In this document: positions 16,759 to 26,630 of the stretch, in pieces
Layout: every line of letters begins with the position of its first letter
Numbering within the stretch: the stretch's first letter is position 1
IMG/VR virus record: IMGVR_UViG_2724679462_000002
Span: 1-64,000 of that record
From: a virus
Taxonomy: Duplodnaviria > Caudoviricetes
DNA: 64,000 bases
Direction: 5' to 3' (one strand)
Notes under the pieces: model-generated
What the model saw: only the letters and a program-made list of their open reading frames with translations
Told to the model about the DNA's origin: nothing
Database searches by the model: none
Position numbers and translations under genes: made by a program

Positions 16759-17934
16759 ATGTCACTTGACCATTTCATTCCCGATACGTTGTTTGGGAAG
16801 GTCGAACTTTGTCAGGTCGGCCTGGGTCATTTAAGCGCAAATCGGAAAGACGAACTATTCGAGCGGAAGGTTCAGTATTACAACTTCCTTTCCAGACCGG
16901 TTACCGTCCTTGAGCGGTCCGGGATGCAGTGGGAGTTCCCCGCGATCCCGGACGTACAGCGCGCGAGCTTCGCTATCCAGACGGAATGGAAGATCCACAA
17001 GGACTTGCATCGGGAGTTCTTCGCATGGATCAAGGTCGTTCGGGAAAACGAGTCGAAACTGATCCGAGACCTGCGGGAGATTGCGGCACGCCATCAACCA
17101 ACAGTATACGAACAGTACCTGCTCTTCAGAACCGAGCGCACTTTGTCGTTAGACGACCTGGAGCGGTATCGGGGCGAGATCTATGACCATGACCACGATG
17201 TTGTCGTCTCGCTCTACCGTGGGCTTGAATCGGGTCCACATCCTTTCTCTGAAATGGGACGTGCACTGGCCCTATTAAACGAAAATGCAACACGCAATGA
17301 ACAGGAGACATTCTCGGAAACGATCAAGATCGTGGATAATACCGGTCAGTTTGGCGACCGCTTTATTAATCGAAATGGCAATATCTACCGCATCCAAGGC
17401 ACGCACGACTCTTCGCGTGAGGAGGGTGTATGGGTGATCCGCAACAAGCCGTTCGAAAACACACGTCTACCTTCGACTGTTGGCTGGCGGCGTTACACGC
17501 TGCAAGAGGCCGACGAACTACTCGATCTATACAAAACTTACGCAGAAGCTGAACATTGTGGTGATGGGGAAACAAAGCGTAAGCAAGAGCTGCTCGCACA
17601 AGAGGAGCGGTTGATCCGTGCCCGCAACGAGCTCAACGAGCAGAAACTCGCCCACCAGAAAGCACAGCACGAATGGGAACTCGAAAAGACCAAGCTCCAG
17701 CGTGAATTCGAACGCCAGCAGGCCGCATACGCTGATGAAGCGTATCGGACCAAGATGGAATTGGAGCGTTTAAAGGCCTATTACGAGCGGCAAATGTACG
17801 ACGCGAAAATGAGCCAGGAAAGAAGAAAAGAAACTTCTGAATGGCTCAAGCAACTGCCGGCCATTCTCGGTGCATTAGGCGTTGCCTGGCTTGCGTATAA
17901 AACCGCGACCGTCAATGCAAATAAACAAGCATAA
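16759..17934 (+). CDS. conserved jumbo-phage protein with coiled coil and C-terminal membrane anchor
   Basis: 391 aa; E/Q/K-rich helical C-terminal half, then LPAILGALGVAWLAY; precedes the RNAP subunit. Confidence 0.75.
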   Translation: MSLDHFIPDTLFGKVELCQVGLGHLSANRKDELFERKVQYYNFLSRPVTVLERSGMQWEFPAIPDVQRASFAIQTEWKIHKDLHREFFAWIKVVRENESKLIRDLREIAARHQPTVYEQYLLFRTERTLSLDDLERYRGEIYDHDHDVVVSLYRGLESGPHPFSEMGRALALLNENATRNEQETFSETIKIVDNTGQFGDRFINRNGNIYRIQGTHDSSREEGVWVIRNKPFENTRLPSTVGWRRYTLQEADELLDLYKTYAEAEHCGDGETKRKQELLAQEERLIRARNELNEQKLAHQKAQHEWELEKTKLQREFERQQAAYADEAYRTKMELERLKAYYERQMYDAKMSQERRKETSEWLKQLPAILGALGVAWLAYKTATVNANKQA

Positions 17935-17958
17935 GCGTGATTAAGAGGAAAGAAGAAT

Positions 17959-19602
17959 ATGGATGCCGAAATCGAACGATTGATGGACAGTCACATGCCG
18001 AAGATCAACCCTCAGATTGCTGAGGGTCTCGCTGTTTCTCATATGCAGGAAATTCACGTCGTCAAGTACATCGATTCGGTCTTTCGATCCGCAGCTAAGG
18101 GCTTCCCGGAGGGATTGACGTACGAAGGCTGCAAGCGCTGTACGCCGCCGGAAGAGCTCAACGAAGCGTCCCGCAAGAAGGGCAACAACAAGCGCATGTA
18201 TGACGTCGCGCAGTCGGACTTGTACATGGTGAACTACATGTTCACGTATCGCGGCGAGAAGATCGATCGCTACATGTACCTGCCGTTCGTGCGGGATGCG
18301 GGCTCGATCTTCGTGAGTGGTTCGCGTTTCAACATCGTGCCGGTTCTGTCCGATCGTGTGATCAGCGTCGGAACGAACACAGTCTTCGTGCGGCTCCTGC
18401 GTGACGTGTTGACGTTCGAACGCGTGCCGCAGAACTTCAATGCGAATGGTCAGCGCGAGCAGGCAAACGTTGCCTGGGCCATGATCTATCACAAGTCGGC
18501 GAAGATGAAGAAGATCCGCCCGACCGTGAAGGCGCATTCGACCATGATGCACTACTTGTTCTGCAAGTACGGCCTCATGAAAACGTTCGAGATGTTCGGA
18601 GGATGCACGCCAGTGGTCGGCGGGGTCGAGATCAACGAGCACACCTATCCTGCGGATCAGTGGGTCGTCTGCAGCAGCACGCAGATCAAACCGAAGGGCT
18701 TCGGCCGTGCTCTGTACGAACCTTCGAACCTGCGCATCGCGGTCAGGCGCGAGGACTATGAGCGCACGATGGTTCGGAACATGATCGGCGGATTGTTTTA
18801 TGTCGTCGATCATTTCCCGTCGCGCGTCAAGCCGGAGTACGTCAATAACACCGACCCGAAGTACATGGACAACACGCGGACCTGGATCATCCTGATGGGT
18901 CACGTGCTGTTCTCCGGGAGCCTTCCTGAAGGTCGTCTCGCCGATGACGTCGAAGATCACATCCGCTCGCTGGACGAGTACATCGATAGCATCGTCCTGA
19001 TGAAGTTCAAGGAGATCGGGATCGCTGCAACGGATCTCTATCAGTTCTTCGCGATCGTGATCGAGAAGATCAGTGACTGGCTCTTCAAGGCGTCGGACAA
19101 GGTCAACAGCCTCTACGACAAGGAGCTGTCGATCCTCTACTTCGTGCTGAAGGACATCACCACCGAAATCTTCAAGCTGTATTTCAAGTTGAAGGCCGCG
19201 TCGAAGAAGGAACTGACGAAGAAGGACATCGAGGACCGGATGAACAAGACCATCAGTACGGGTCTGATCTACCGGATCACGAAGCAGCACGCGGAAGTGG
19301 TCAACATTGCGAGCTCGGGCGACAACAAGGCGACCAAGATCACAGGCTGGATGATTCCGCAATCGAGCAGTTCACGTCAGGGCGGCCGTAAAGACCGCGC
19401 GAACCTCGACGATCCGACTCGCTTCCTGCACGTCTCGTTCGCCGAAGTCGGCGGATACAGCAATCTCCCGAAAGCAGCACCGACCGGCGACTCCCGCATC
19501 TCGCCGTGGGTGCAACTCGACCCGTCTGGTCTCGTCCTGCGGAACCCGCGCCTTGCCCCGCGGCTCGATAGGATCCAGGAAGAAATCAGGCGTCGGCGCT
19601 AA
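17959..19602 (+). CDS. rpoB: non-virion RNA polymerase beta-like subunit, N-terminal part (phiKZ gp123-like)
   Basis: YMYLPFV...IFVSGSRFNIVPVL, FLHVSFAEVG; located downstream of the capsid gene. Confidence 0.8.
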   Translation: MDAEIERLMDSHMPKINPQIAEGLAVSHMQEIHVVKYIDSVFRSAAKGFPEGLTYEGCKRCTPPEELNEASRKKGNNKRMYDVAQSDLYMVNYMFTYRGEKIDRYMYLPFVRDAGSIFVSGSRFNIVPVLSDRVISVGTNTVFVRLLRDVLTFERVPQNFNANGQREQANVAWAMIYHKSAKMKKIRPTVKAHSTMMHYLFCKYGLMKTFEMFGGCTPVVGGVEINEHTYPADQWVVCSSTQIKPKGFGRALYEPSNLRIAVRREDYERTMVRNMIGGLFYVVDHFPSRVKPEYVNNTDPKYMDNTRTWIILMGHVLFSGSLPEGRLADDVEDHIRSLDEYIDSIVLMKFKEIGIAATDLYQFFAIVIEKISDWLFKASDKVNSLYDKELSILYFVLKDITTEIFKLYFKLKAASKKELTKKDIEDRMNKTISTGLIYRITKQHAEVVNIASSGDNKATKITGWMIPQSSSSRQGGRKDRANLDDPTRFLHVSFAEVGGYSNLPKAAPTGDSRISPWVQLDPSGLVLRNPRLAPRLDRIQEEIRRRR

Positions 19603-19651
19603 TCGAATCAAGCAGCAACACAAAAACTTCAAAGCAAACAAGGAATAAGCG

Positions 19652-21619
19652 ATGTATCCCAACCACCAAATGCACCTGCCGGTGAGCGCTGACATGATTC
19701 AGCGTCCGTTTCTCAGTTTCTCGGTACAGAACCCCCCGTTCGTACCGCAGATCCAGATCGAGCCGTGGCTGACCGGCTACGTGCCGCTGGTGGCAGGAAT
19801 GGCCGCCGGTGAGATTCAGAACCTGGCGGAATCCAATCCGCTGCGCCGGTTCTTCTTCAATCTGTTCTCGAACAACGCCTTCGCGAACGATGAGTTCACG
19901 GCGCTGGTGAAGGGCATTCTCGACTACGTGGTGCTGTCGCTCGCAGAGCGGCCGCAGATGCGCCCGGAACAGGTTATCGAGACGTCGGTGTCGCAGATCA
20001 TCGAGCTGATGGTGGCCACGATGATCAAGGTCTACCCGCCCCTGCGCAACTACATCCCGCCGCAGTCCCAGCCCGCGTTCGACAACCATATCCGCAGCTT
20101 CGACGCAATCTCGAACAAGATCGCGCAGTTCCGCAATCAGTACGGCTTCTTGCAGGCTCCTCCGGGTCAGCAGCAGCAACAGGCGTTCGGAGGCGGCTAC
20201 GTGCCGCCTCAACAGGGATATGTTCAGCACCATCCGGGCGGCGATCCGCGCTTCGGTAACGCTGGGCATCACCCGTATCAGCCGCAAGGCATGACGATGC
20301 CGCAGCAAAACGGCAGCATCTTCAACAACGGCGGGATGAGTGTGCAGCAGCCGGTGGGTCCGCAGGGTCGCAGCATGGGGGACCGCTACGCGAACATGCC
20401 CGACATGGCAACCCCCGCAGCGCCGCCCGCACAGTCGTATCAAGCGCCGGTCGCTACGGTCGCGCAGGAGACCATCACGATGTCACAACAACAAAACGCG
20501 GACGGTCCGCTCGAGGATGCAGAAACAACCAGCCTCAAGTGGACCCGTTCGGATCATCAACCGTATCACCCCGCCTATAACCCGGTCACGCACCAGCTGT
20601 TCTATCAGCGGCTCGCCAACGGCACGGTCAACGCGGTGATCAAACAACGTGAGAACATCATGGACTACGATCGTCACAAAACCAGCAGCGTCTTCGGTCC
20701 GATTCCGCCGGCTTTGGATCTGGCCAACACGGATCAGGTGATGCAAAACCTGAGCCAGGGTCTGAAGGAAATCGCGGAAGAGAAGGAAGCACGGCGCGAA
20801 GAAGAGACGCCGAAGTTCGCCACGCGTGTGCGCGCGGCCTGGTACGCGGACACGTCGGTCGAATCCTGCTGGCTGAAGGGCGCGATCGAATGGGCGAAGT
20901 CCACGGAAGACGGCAAGCGTCCCGACATCTTCCGTCAATACGGCCAGGTGGTCGATGCGACGATCAGTCTCGAAGACGAAGCGCACTTCATCGAAGAGTT
21001 CCGCGATGCAGGAACCTTCATCCAGCTGAAGGAATTGCTCGACGATGCGTACGGTGAAGCTTCGACTTCGCTCTGGTACAAGGCCAATGCTCGCGCGACC
21101 GACATGGTCAACCGCGTGCTTTCCCTGAATCTGGCGCTCTCGGGCGTGTCGATCGACTCGTTCGTGCACGACATCGACGAGTTGATCCAGGTGCTGCGCG
21201 ACGGCTACGGCGATACGATCCTGAAGGCGTTCGTCCGCAATCAGCGTCGTCTCATCACGGCCACGTTCGAAGCGTTGCCGGACGAAGTGCAGGAGCAATT
21301 GACCCTGGATCTGATCGAAGACGTGAAGATCGACGGCGAAGAGCCGAAGCTCGCGTTCCTCACCTCGAACGTCAGCTTCACGTACCTGAACTGCTTGTCG
21401 CACGAGCTCTGCATCGAGTTCGCGAAGGGCGAGACGGCTGTGATCATGAAGTCGGTCTCGCCGGTGTTCCATCAGCTCGTCAAGGACATCATGGACGAAG
21501 GCGAAACGTTCACCACGACGGTCGATCGTCAGCTCGTTCAGACGCTCGACGGCAAGATCCTCGAAGTCGATGTCGGATTCATCGGCGAGGAAATGTACGT
21601 CGTTCGCCTCGTCAAGTAA
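19652..21619 (+). CDS. conserved hypothetical protein with a Q/P/G-rich low-complexity middle region
   Basis: 655 aa, strong codon bias, AAGGA RBS. Confidence 0.75.
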   Translation: MYPNHQMHLPVSADMIQRPFLSFSVQNPPFVPQIQIEPWLTGYVPLVAGMAAGEIQNLAESNPLRRFFFNLFSNNAFANDEFTALVKGILDYVVLSLAERPQMRPEQVIETSVSQIIELMVATMIKVYPPLRNYIPPQSQPAFDNHIRSFDAISNKIAQFRNQYGFLQAPPGQQQQQAFGGGYVPPQQGYVQHHPGGDPRFGNAGHHPYQPQGMTMPQQNGSIFNNGGMSVQQPVGPQGRSMGDRYANMPDMATPAAPPAQSYQAPVATVAQETITMSQQQNADGPLEDAETTSLKWTRSDHQPYHPAYNPVTHQLFYQRLANGTVNAVIKQRENIMDYDRHKTSSVFGPIPPALDLANTDQVMQNLSQGLKEIAEEKEARREEETPKFATRVRAAWYADTSVESCWLKGAIEWAKSTEDGKRPDIFRQYGQVVDATISLEDEAHFIEEFRDAGTFIQLKELLDDAYGEASTSLWYKANARATDMVNRVLSLNLALSGVSIDSFVHDIDELIQVLRDGYGDTILKAFVRNQRRLITATFEALPDEVQEQLTLDLIEDVKIDGEEPKLAFLTSNVSFTYLNCLSHELCIEFAKGETAVIMKSVSPVFHQLVKDIMDEGETFTTTVDRQLVQTLDGKILEVDVGFIGEEMYVVRLVK

Positions 21620-21628
21620 GGAGCGTTG

Positions 21629-22015
21629 ATGGCTTATTCCTCTAGCGACTTTCAGGGAGACGTCATCAACCACTTGCTCGAGCTGGAGCTGCTCCCGCAC
21701 GAGCTTGCCGATGACGAAGACGCTGAACGAAGCGCGAAGCTCGTGAAGGACGTGATTTCCGATCTGTTGATCGACAGTCGACGCGTTGGTGACGCACTGA
21801 AGTTCCATGATGAGCTGTTGGAGTCTGTCGAAACCCTCACGGGCATCGCTGAGCAGCACGGCGTGATTGCGCTGGCTAACGTGAACTACTTGCAGAGCGC
21901 AATTCTGCGCGATACCAATATCGAACTGGCATCCACGGACAAGGGTCAGCTCGACATGCTGCGTGGTTTGCCGTCCGGCGAGCAGTGGTTGAAGCACGTC
22001 ACGATCGTTGACTAA
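21629..22015 (+). CDS. acidic hypothetical protein
   Basis: TAAGGAG RBS directly after the previous stop. Confidence 0.65.
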   Translation: MAYSSSDFQGDVINHLLELELLPHELADDEDAERSAKLVKDVISDLLIDSRRVGDALKFHDELLESVETLTGIAEQHGVIALANVNYLQSAILRDTNIELASTDKGQLDMLRGLPSGEQWLKHVTIVD

Positions 22016-22023
22016 AAGGCTGC

Positions 22024-22053
22024 GTGGGGGGCGTTCGCTCCCCACCGTATGCC
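22024..22053 (+). terminator. hairpin with TATGCCG tail
   Basis: GTGGGGGGC-GTTC-GCTCCCAC-CG-TATGCCG. Confidence 0.5.
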
Positions 22054-22082
22054 GGCTTGTTGACAAGAAAAAAGGGAACAAA

Positions 22083-22607
22083 ATGATCCCCTCTCAGCAG
22101 GAGCCTCACTACCCGGATCACCTTATCCTTCCCACCGCATCTCTCGTTAATGATTTTCGCAACAACACCCAAGGCATGGTTTTCAGCGACGAGTTCGTGG
22201 TTCAGCTTCTACACGAGATCATGATCCCCATCATGGTCTACGGCGACCAGATCGACGGCGTGGAACACAGCTTCAGGATGCTGCCTCGTCTCGATCGCGT
22301 GAAGATCCCGCAGTTTGATCGCACGCCACAAGGTTTGCGCTACTTGCGTCCCACTCAAGAAGTCGACCTCGCTGACGACAGCGAGTATCAGAGCGTCAGC
22401 CAAGCAGCCGCTGACTTTACCAGGCTCAAAGAGGCCGTCTTCAGGCTGGGCATGGGCGTCTACAACCTGATAGAGCAGATGGGTTGCTTCAGCAGACCCG
22501 ATCGCAACGGCGCGCGCCGCTTCGTCTTTCTTTTCCAGCGTCTCGTTGGAGGCGACATGCTTCTTCGCATTCCACCTCTCATCGGGATCAGCACCTCCGC
22601 CGCGTGA
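22083..22607 (+). CDS. hypothetical protein
   Basis: ATG 22083 after AAGGGA, within ORF 22008..22607. Confidence 0.6.
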   Translation: MIPSQQEPHYPDHLILPTASLVNDFRNNTQGMVFSDEFVVQLLHEIMIPIMVYGDQIDGVEHSFRMLPRLDRVKIPQFDRTPQGLRYLRPTQEVDLADDSEYQSVSQAAADFTRLKEAVFRLGMGVYNLIEQMGCFSRPDRNGARRFVFLFQRLVGGDMLLRIPPLIGISTSAA

Positions 22608-22706
22608 AAACTTATGAGTAAGCACGCAACTTTCTCTTCTTTAACCGGACGTATTCGCATCGATACGTCCATTTTGTTGTACCACCCTTAGACCAAGGAA
22701 CGCATC

Positions 22707-23087
22707 ATGTCATCCCAAAAGGATCCGCTCGAAGTCATCGTCCAAGGTGGCCCGGTTGACGTAAACGCTGTCGTGTACGGCGTCGTTCAACACGCCCTGT
22801 CGGAAGCGGGTTTCACGGAAGTTACCGTGCACTCGCCGGAAGGCAACGTGGACGCAGTCGTCGGCGAAATCCCGTCGCTGCTTGACGTGCTCCGCGTTGA
22901 GCGCCCTGCCATTTTCGACACGCCGATCACGGTGAAGCAAAACGCACACGCGGACGACGTCCTGAAGATGTGCGACGACCCAGACAACCTCGACATCGGC
23001 CGCATCATCTACGGCACGACGGATGCGGCGGTCGAGCCCAGCGCGGAGCCGGCGGACGAAGCGGTGACGGAGGACGCGCCGTTCTAA
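22707..23087 (+). CDS. acidic hypothetical protein
   Basis: AAGGA RBS, 126 aa, followed by a terminator. Confidence 0.65.
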   Translation: MSSQKDPLEVIVQGGPVDVNAVVYGVVQHALSEAGFTEVTVHSPEGNVDAVVGEIPSLLDVLRVERPAIFDTPITVKQNAHADDVLKMCDDPDNLDIGRIIYGTTDAAVEPSAEPADEAVTEDAPF

Positions 23088-23101
23088 TCGCTTCCGAGAT
23101 G

Positions 23102-23145
23102 ACCGCATAAGTGCCCAGGTCTAGGACCTGGGCTTTTTTATTTTT
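23102..23145 (+). terminator. Rho-independent terminator preceded by CCGCATAA
   Basis: GCCCAGGTC-TAG-GACCTGGGC-TTTTTTATTTTT. Confidence 0.75.
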
Positions 23146-23159
23146 GACGTGGAGATCCA

Positions 23160-23480
23160 ATGGACGACATCCATCCGGAAGTCATCCTGTCTCAGCAATT
23201 TCGTCAGCTTCTCCTGAATCTGCATATCGACGAAAAGCGCTATATGCAGTTGCTGGACGAGTACATCGCTGACCCTGCGAACGGTATCCCCAACGTTCCG
23301 ATGGCTCAGATGCATGCTCGCACCACCTTGGGTCACGCACTCGCCAGTCCCGCTATGAGTTGGCTCACGTTCTGCAAAGGCCTGAAGGTCCTGCAGATCA
23401 AGATGGCGAGGTTCTCGCTCACGACCCTCGACAGCGTCAACCTCCATTGCCGGACCTCGATCGAGTTCAGGCTTGAATGA
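23160..23480 (+). CDS. small protein, paralogue of the N-terminal domain of 61707..62435
   Basis: LSQQFRQLLLNLHI...MSWLTFCKGLKVLQ aligns by eye with LSRLWRQMLMDLNI...MTWKVFMKALRFLQ. Confidence 0.65.
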   Translation: MDDIHPEVILSQQFRQLLLNLHIDEKRYMQLLDEYIADPANGIPNVPMAQMHARTTLGHALASPAMSWLTFCKGLKVLQIKMARFSLTTLDSVNLHCRTSIEFRLE

Positions 23481-23527
23481 CGGCATAACCGCCCAGACCT
23501 CCTTGCGGGGGTCTGGGCTTTATGCCG
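23481..23527. terminator. bidirectional CGGCATAA...TTATGCCG hairpin
   Basis: CGGCATAA-CC-GCCCAGACCTCC-TTGC-GGGGGTCTGGGC-TTTATGCCG between convergent genes. Confidence 0.75.
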
Positions 23528-23558
23528 CGAGGCCGAACTATTTTTTTTGTGCTTCCGA

Positions 23559-26500
23559 TCAGATGCTGGGCGAAGCGCCGTCCTTCTTGTCGGCGTCCTT
23601 GTCCTTATCTTTTTCGTCGTCCTTCCCCTCTTTGTCCTTCTGTTCCTTGTCCGAGTCTTCGTTCGGCGACTTGTTGTCCCCAGACTTCGACTCCTTTTCC
23701 TCGTTGTCGGTGTCGTTGCTCTCACCATTCAAATTGGAATTGGAGCTTTCGTCCGTCGAACCGGTCTCAGTGTTGTTGTCCGAGTTGGTCTCCGTATCGT
23801 TCGTGTCAGTGTCTCCACTGCCACCACCGAAGTCCGGCATGCCGCCATTCAGATCATCGTCACCGCCACCGCCACCGCTTTCGCTGTTGTCGCCACCGCC
23901 AAAGCCGAAGTCATCAGAGCCGCCGCCCGACGAACTGTCCGTATCCGACGAATAGGACGAACTGCCCTCCTGCGTGTTGCTCTTCTTGATCGTTGCCTGA
24001 AACTTATCGTTGGCACGATTCGTAGCGGGCGTGAGCGTCTTGAAGAACTCACCGAACGTCTTCTGCAACTGTTCGATATGGTCGGCCTGCACCTTGAACA
24101 CGTCCACCACCGGCTTGCCGTCCTCACCCGTCGTTGTGAGTTGTGCGAGCTCGGTAAGCATCCCGTTCTCGGACATCCACTGGCGAATGTAGTAGGCTTT
24201 GGCGGTTTCCTTCAGCACCTCGATCTTGGCTGCGACATCACCGCCCGTATCCGACGTGAAGAACTTCTCTGACAACCATGCATCAAGCGCCATGTCCAGC
24301 GCCTTCACATACGTCTCCAACGCCGTGACCTGATTCTCGAGCGTCGACGAGTTCGGACGCGGCAGAGAGACTTCCACGTTCATCAAGAACTCGCGCAGGA
24401 CCTGCTGGATCAGAAACGCCTTCTGCTCTTCCGTGAAGCTCTTGGCGCCCTGCTGCTTTTCGTCGACGATCGGAATGCCTGCCTTCTGACGGCTCAGACC
24501 GGACTTGTTCTTCGCATCGTCGCGATCATCGTTCGTCAGTCGCAGCTTCGGGAAGTTCTCGCGCAGGATCTCCGTGAGGTCACTCATCAGCTCCTCGGAG
24601 TTCATGGCGTGAATCCGCATGTGAGACGCCAGCTGCGGATGGAACTCGTCCTGAATCTGCATGACACGCTTGGACATCAGGATGTTGTTCGTGACGACCG
24701 AGGTCGCAAGCTCCGGCTGCCAGGCCGCGTCGACGGTCTCCGGCGGAATACCCGTCTTCATGATCGCCCGCTTACGCAGGCTGTCTTCCAGATCGGTATC
24801 CGGCCGGACGTAGTTCGAGTTCTTCTCGCCAAAGTCCACGGACACGTCAGGCATGCCTGGGTGCCCTTCGAACGTGAACTCGAAACCCGCACGCGTGATG
24901 AAGTCGACCACTTCCGCCGGCGAGTTCACACCAAGCGGAAGGAAGTTCTGGCGGGAACGGATGATTTCGTGAATCGCGTTCTCGGCGCTCTTCTCCGGAT
25001 TCGGATCGTCCTCGTCGAACTTCAGCTTGACTTCGGTCCGACCGATGGAGTTCTTGATGCCAGCCATCACGTTCGCGAAGAGCAGCATCGAGCGCAGGCT
25101 GTTCAAAATCTTCATCTCGTCGAGCAACGAAACGCCGATGCCGTCCTTGCTGAATCGCAACGCAAAATACGTCATGAACTCCGCAGGAATGAACAGCACC
25201 TGCGTATGTTGCTTGGCAAGCGCTCGCGAAAACATGATCCGGTAGATCTCTTCCCGCTTGGCCAGCTCGACACCATTACCGTAGGCGCCATTGCGCAGGC
25301 GCGCCAAGAGATCCTGTTCGACCATTTCGCCGTACACCCGGGAGCTGAAGTCCAGGTGATCCTTGTTGCTCAGGTCAAAGCCTTGCATCTGACTCTTGAC
25401 CTTCGTGAGCATCGCCGACGGGAACGAGCCCGAGGTCGACATCCGCTGCGCCTGCTGCTGGTAGTGGTCGGTGATTTCCTGACGAACGACCGGATGACCG
25501 TCCATGTCCAGCAGGACAAAGAACCCAATCTGGTGTCGCGGCGAGCCCGGAACGTGAACGGGAATCACGGCTTCCGACGGAATGTGCAGCACCATCGGAT
25601 TGCCTACGGTGGTGCGAGAAAGCTGCTCCTGTGTCTTCAGCGTCGCGACGGGCTGATAGCCGAACGTCCGATTCTTGTAGAGCATCCCGGTCAGCTCGCG
25701 ATCTGAGAGGCGATGCGCCTGGGACGTCTTTCCTAGACCGATCGACTCCAGTGCCCGGCCGCCCATCGCACCGAAGATCCGCTCTTCGCGAATCTTCTGG
25801 TTGATCTGAGGGATCTTCAGGACGGACGGGTTGTCGGTAACGGTCAAGAACGTCTCGTCCGGTGGGAGCGGCTGCTTCAGACCGAGCTCGAAGCGGACGT
25901 CGCCCATGCCCTTGTTCGTGTCGTAGTTGTAGTCGGCGAACGACTCCAACGAAAGACCTGCGCGGCGCGGCTCTGTGGGCTTCGCCTTGACTGCCGGTCC
26001 TAACAGCCCCACCGACTTCATCGTGCCATCCGAGTTGATGTGCTCGGCGAGCGCTTCCATCGACAACCGCTGTTGCCCGTTGATGATCTCGTCGATGGAG
26101 TTTTCGGGGATGACGGCGATCGGATACGAGCCCGTTGCGAAAAGCATGTCGCGCAACATCTTGGGAATGAGCGGCTTTATTTTATGAACCGTCTCGAAAT
26201 GCTGACGGAACCGCTCGATCATGGCCGCGCTGACATCGGGCGCCATGAGTCCTTCGGGCGGCGTATACGTCAGCTCGAGCGACATCATGTCTTTCGGCGA
26301 ACCCACGCTCGAAACCAGAATCTGCTGCGCCAGCTCCATGTCTGGCAACAGTTGCATGACGGTTTCAGCGTCATTGACGTTTTGTGCCGTCTGCTCAGCC
26401 GTATTGCGGAAGTTGTAGAGATTTGGTTGCGTGGTCTCGCGGTTCCCGTCATGGCCATATTGAACGGGATGCTGCGAGGGAATCAGCTTGGCAATGGTTG

Positions 26501-26597
26501 CCGCCATCCCCGGGTCCTGTCGAACCAATTGCATCACCGGAAACTTTTTTCCGGTGCCGGCCAATTCAATGGCTCTCTTATAGGCTTTCTGCGTCAT
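23559..26597 (-). CDS. portal protein (phiKZ gp129-like) with acidic disordered C-terminal tail
   Basis: QLLPDMELAQQILVSSV, IPSEAVIPVHVPG, S/A-x-E processing motifs; size and position. Confidence 0.7.
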   Translation of the reverse strand: MTQKAYKRAIELAGTGKKFPVMQLVRQDPGMAATIAKLIPSQHPVQYGHDGNRETTQPNLYNFRNTAEQTAQNVNDAETVMQLLPDMELAQQILVSSVGSPKDMMSLELTYTPPEGLMAPDVSAAMIERFRQHFETVHKIKPLIPKMLRDMLFATGSYPIAVIPENSIDEIINGQQRLSMEALAEHINSDGTMKSVGLLGPAVKAKPTEPRRAGLSLESFADYNYDTNKGMGDVRFELGLKQPLPPDETFLTVTDNPSVLKIPQINQKIREERIFGAMGGRALESIGLGKTSQAHRLSDRELTGMLYKNRTFGYQPVATLKTQEQLSRTTVGNPMVLHIPSEAVIPVHVPGSPRHQIGFFVLLDMDGHPVVRQEITDHYQQQAQRMSTSGSFPSAMLTKVKSQMQGFDLSNKDHLDFSSRVYGEMVEQDLLARLRNGAYGNGVELAKREEIYRIMFSRALAKQHTQVLFIPAEFMTYFALRFSKDGIGVSLLDEMKILNSLRSMLLFANVMAGIKNSIGRTEVKLKFDEDDPNPEKSAENAIHEIIRSRQNFLPLGVNSPAEVVDFITRAGFEFTFEGHPGMPDVSVDFGEKNSNYVRPDTDLEDSLRKRAIMKTGIPPETVDAAWQPELATSVVTNNILMSKRVMQIQDEFHPQLASHMRIHAMNSEELMSDLTEILRENFPKLRLTNDDRDDAKNKSGLSRQKAGIPIVDEKQQGAKSFTEEQKAFLIQQVLREFLMNVEVSLPRPNSSTLENQVTALETYVKALDMALDAWLSEKFFTSDTGGDVAAKIEVLKETAKAYYIRQWMSENGMLTELAQLTTTGEDGKPVVDVFKVQADHIEQLQKTFGEFFKTLTPATNRANDKFQATIKKSNTQEGSSSYSSDTDSSSGGGSDDFGFGGGDNSESGGGGGDDDLNGGMPDFGGGSGDTDTNDTETNSDNNTETGSTDESSNSNLNGESNDTDNEEKESKSGDNKSPNEDSDKEQKDKEGKDDEKDKDKDADKKDGASPSI

Positions 26598-26630
26598 CTG
26601 TTACACCTCTTTTTGTTTCCTGGGGACATC

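Noticed and set aside
26040-26630. N-terminal extensions in the ORF track (26040, 30217, 31050, 56918, 62245 starts)
   Set aside because: They overlap neighbouring real genes; downstream starts with RBS or coupling fit better
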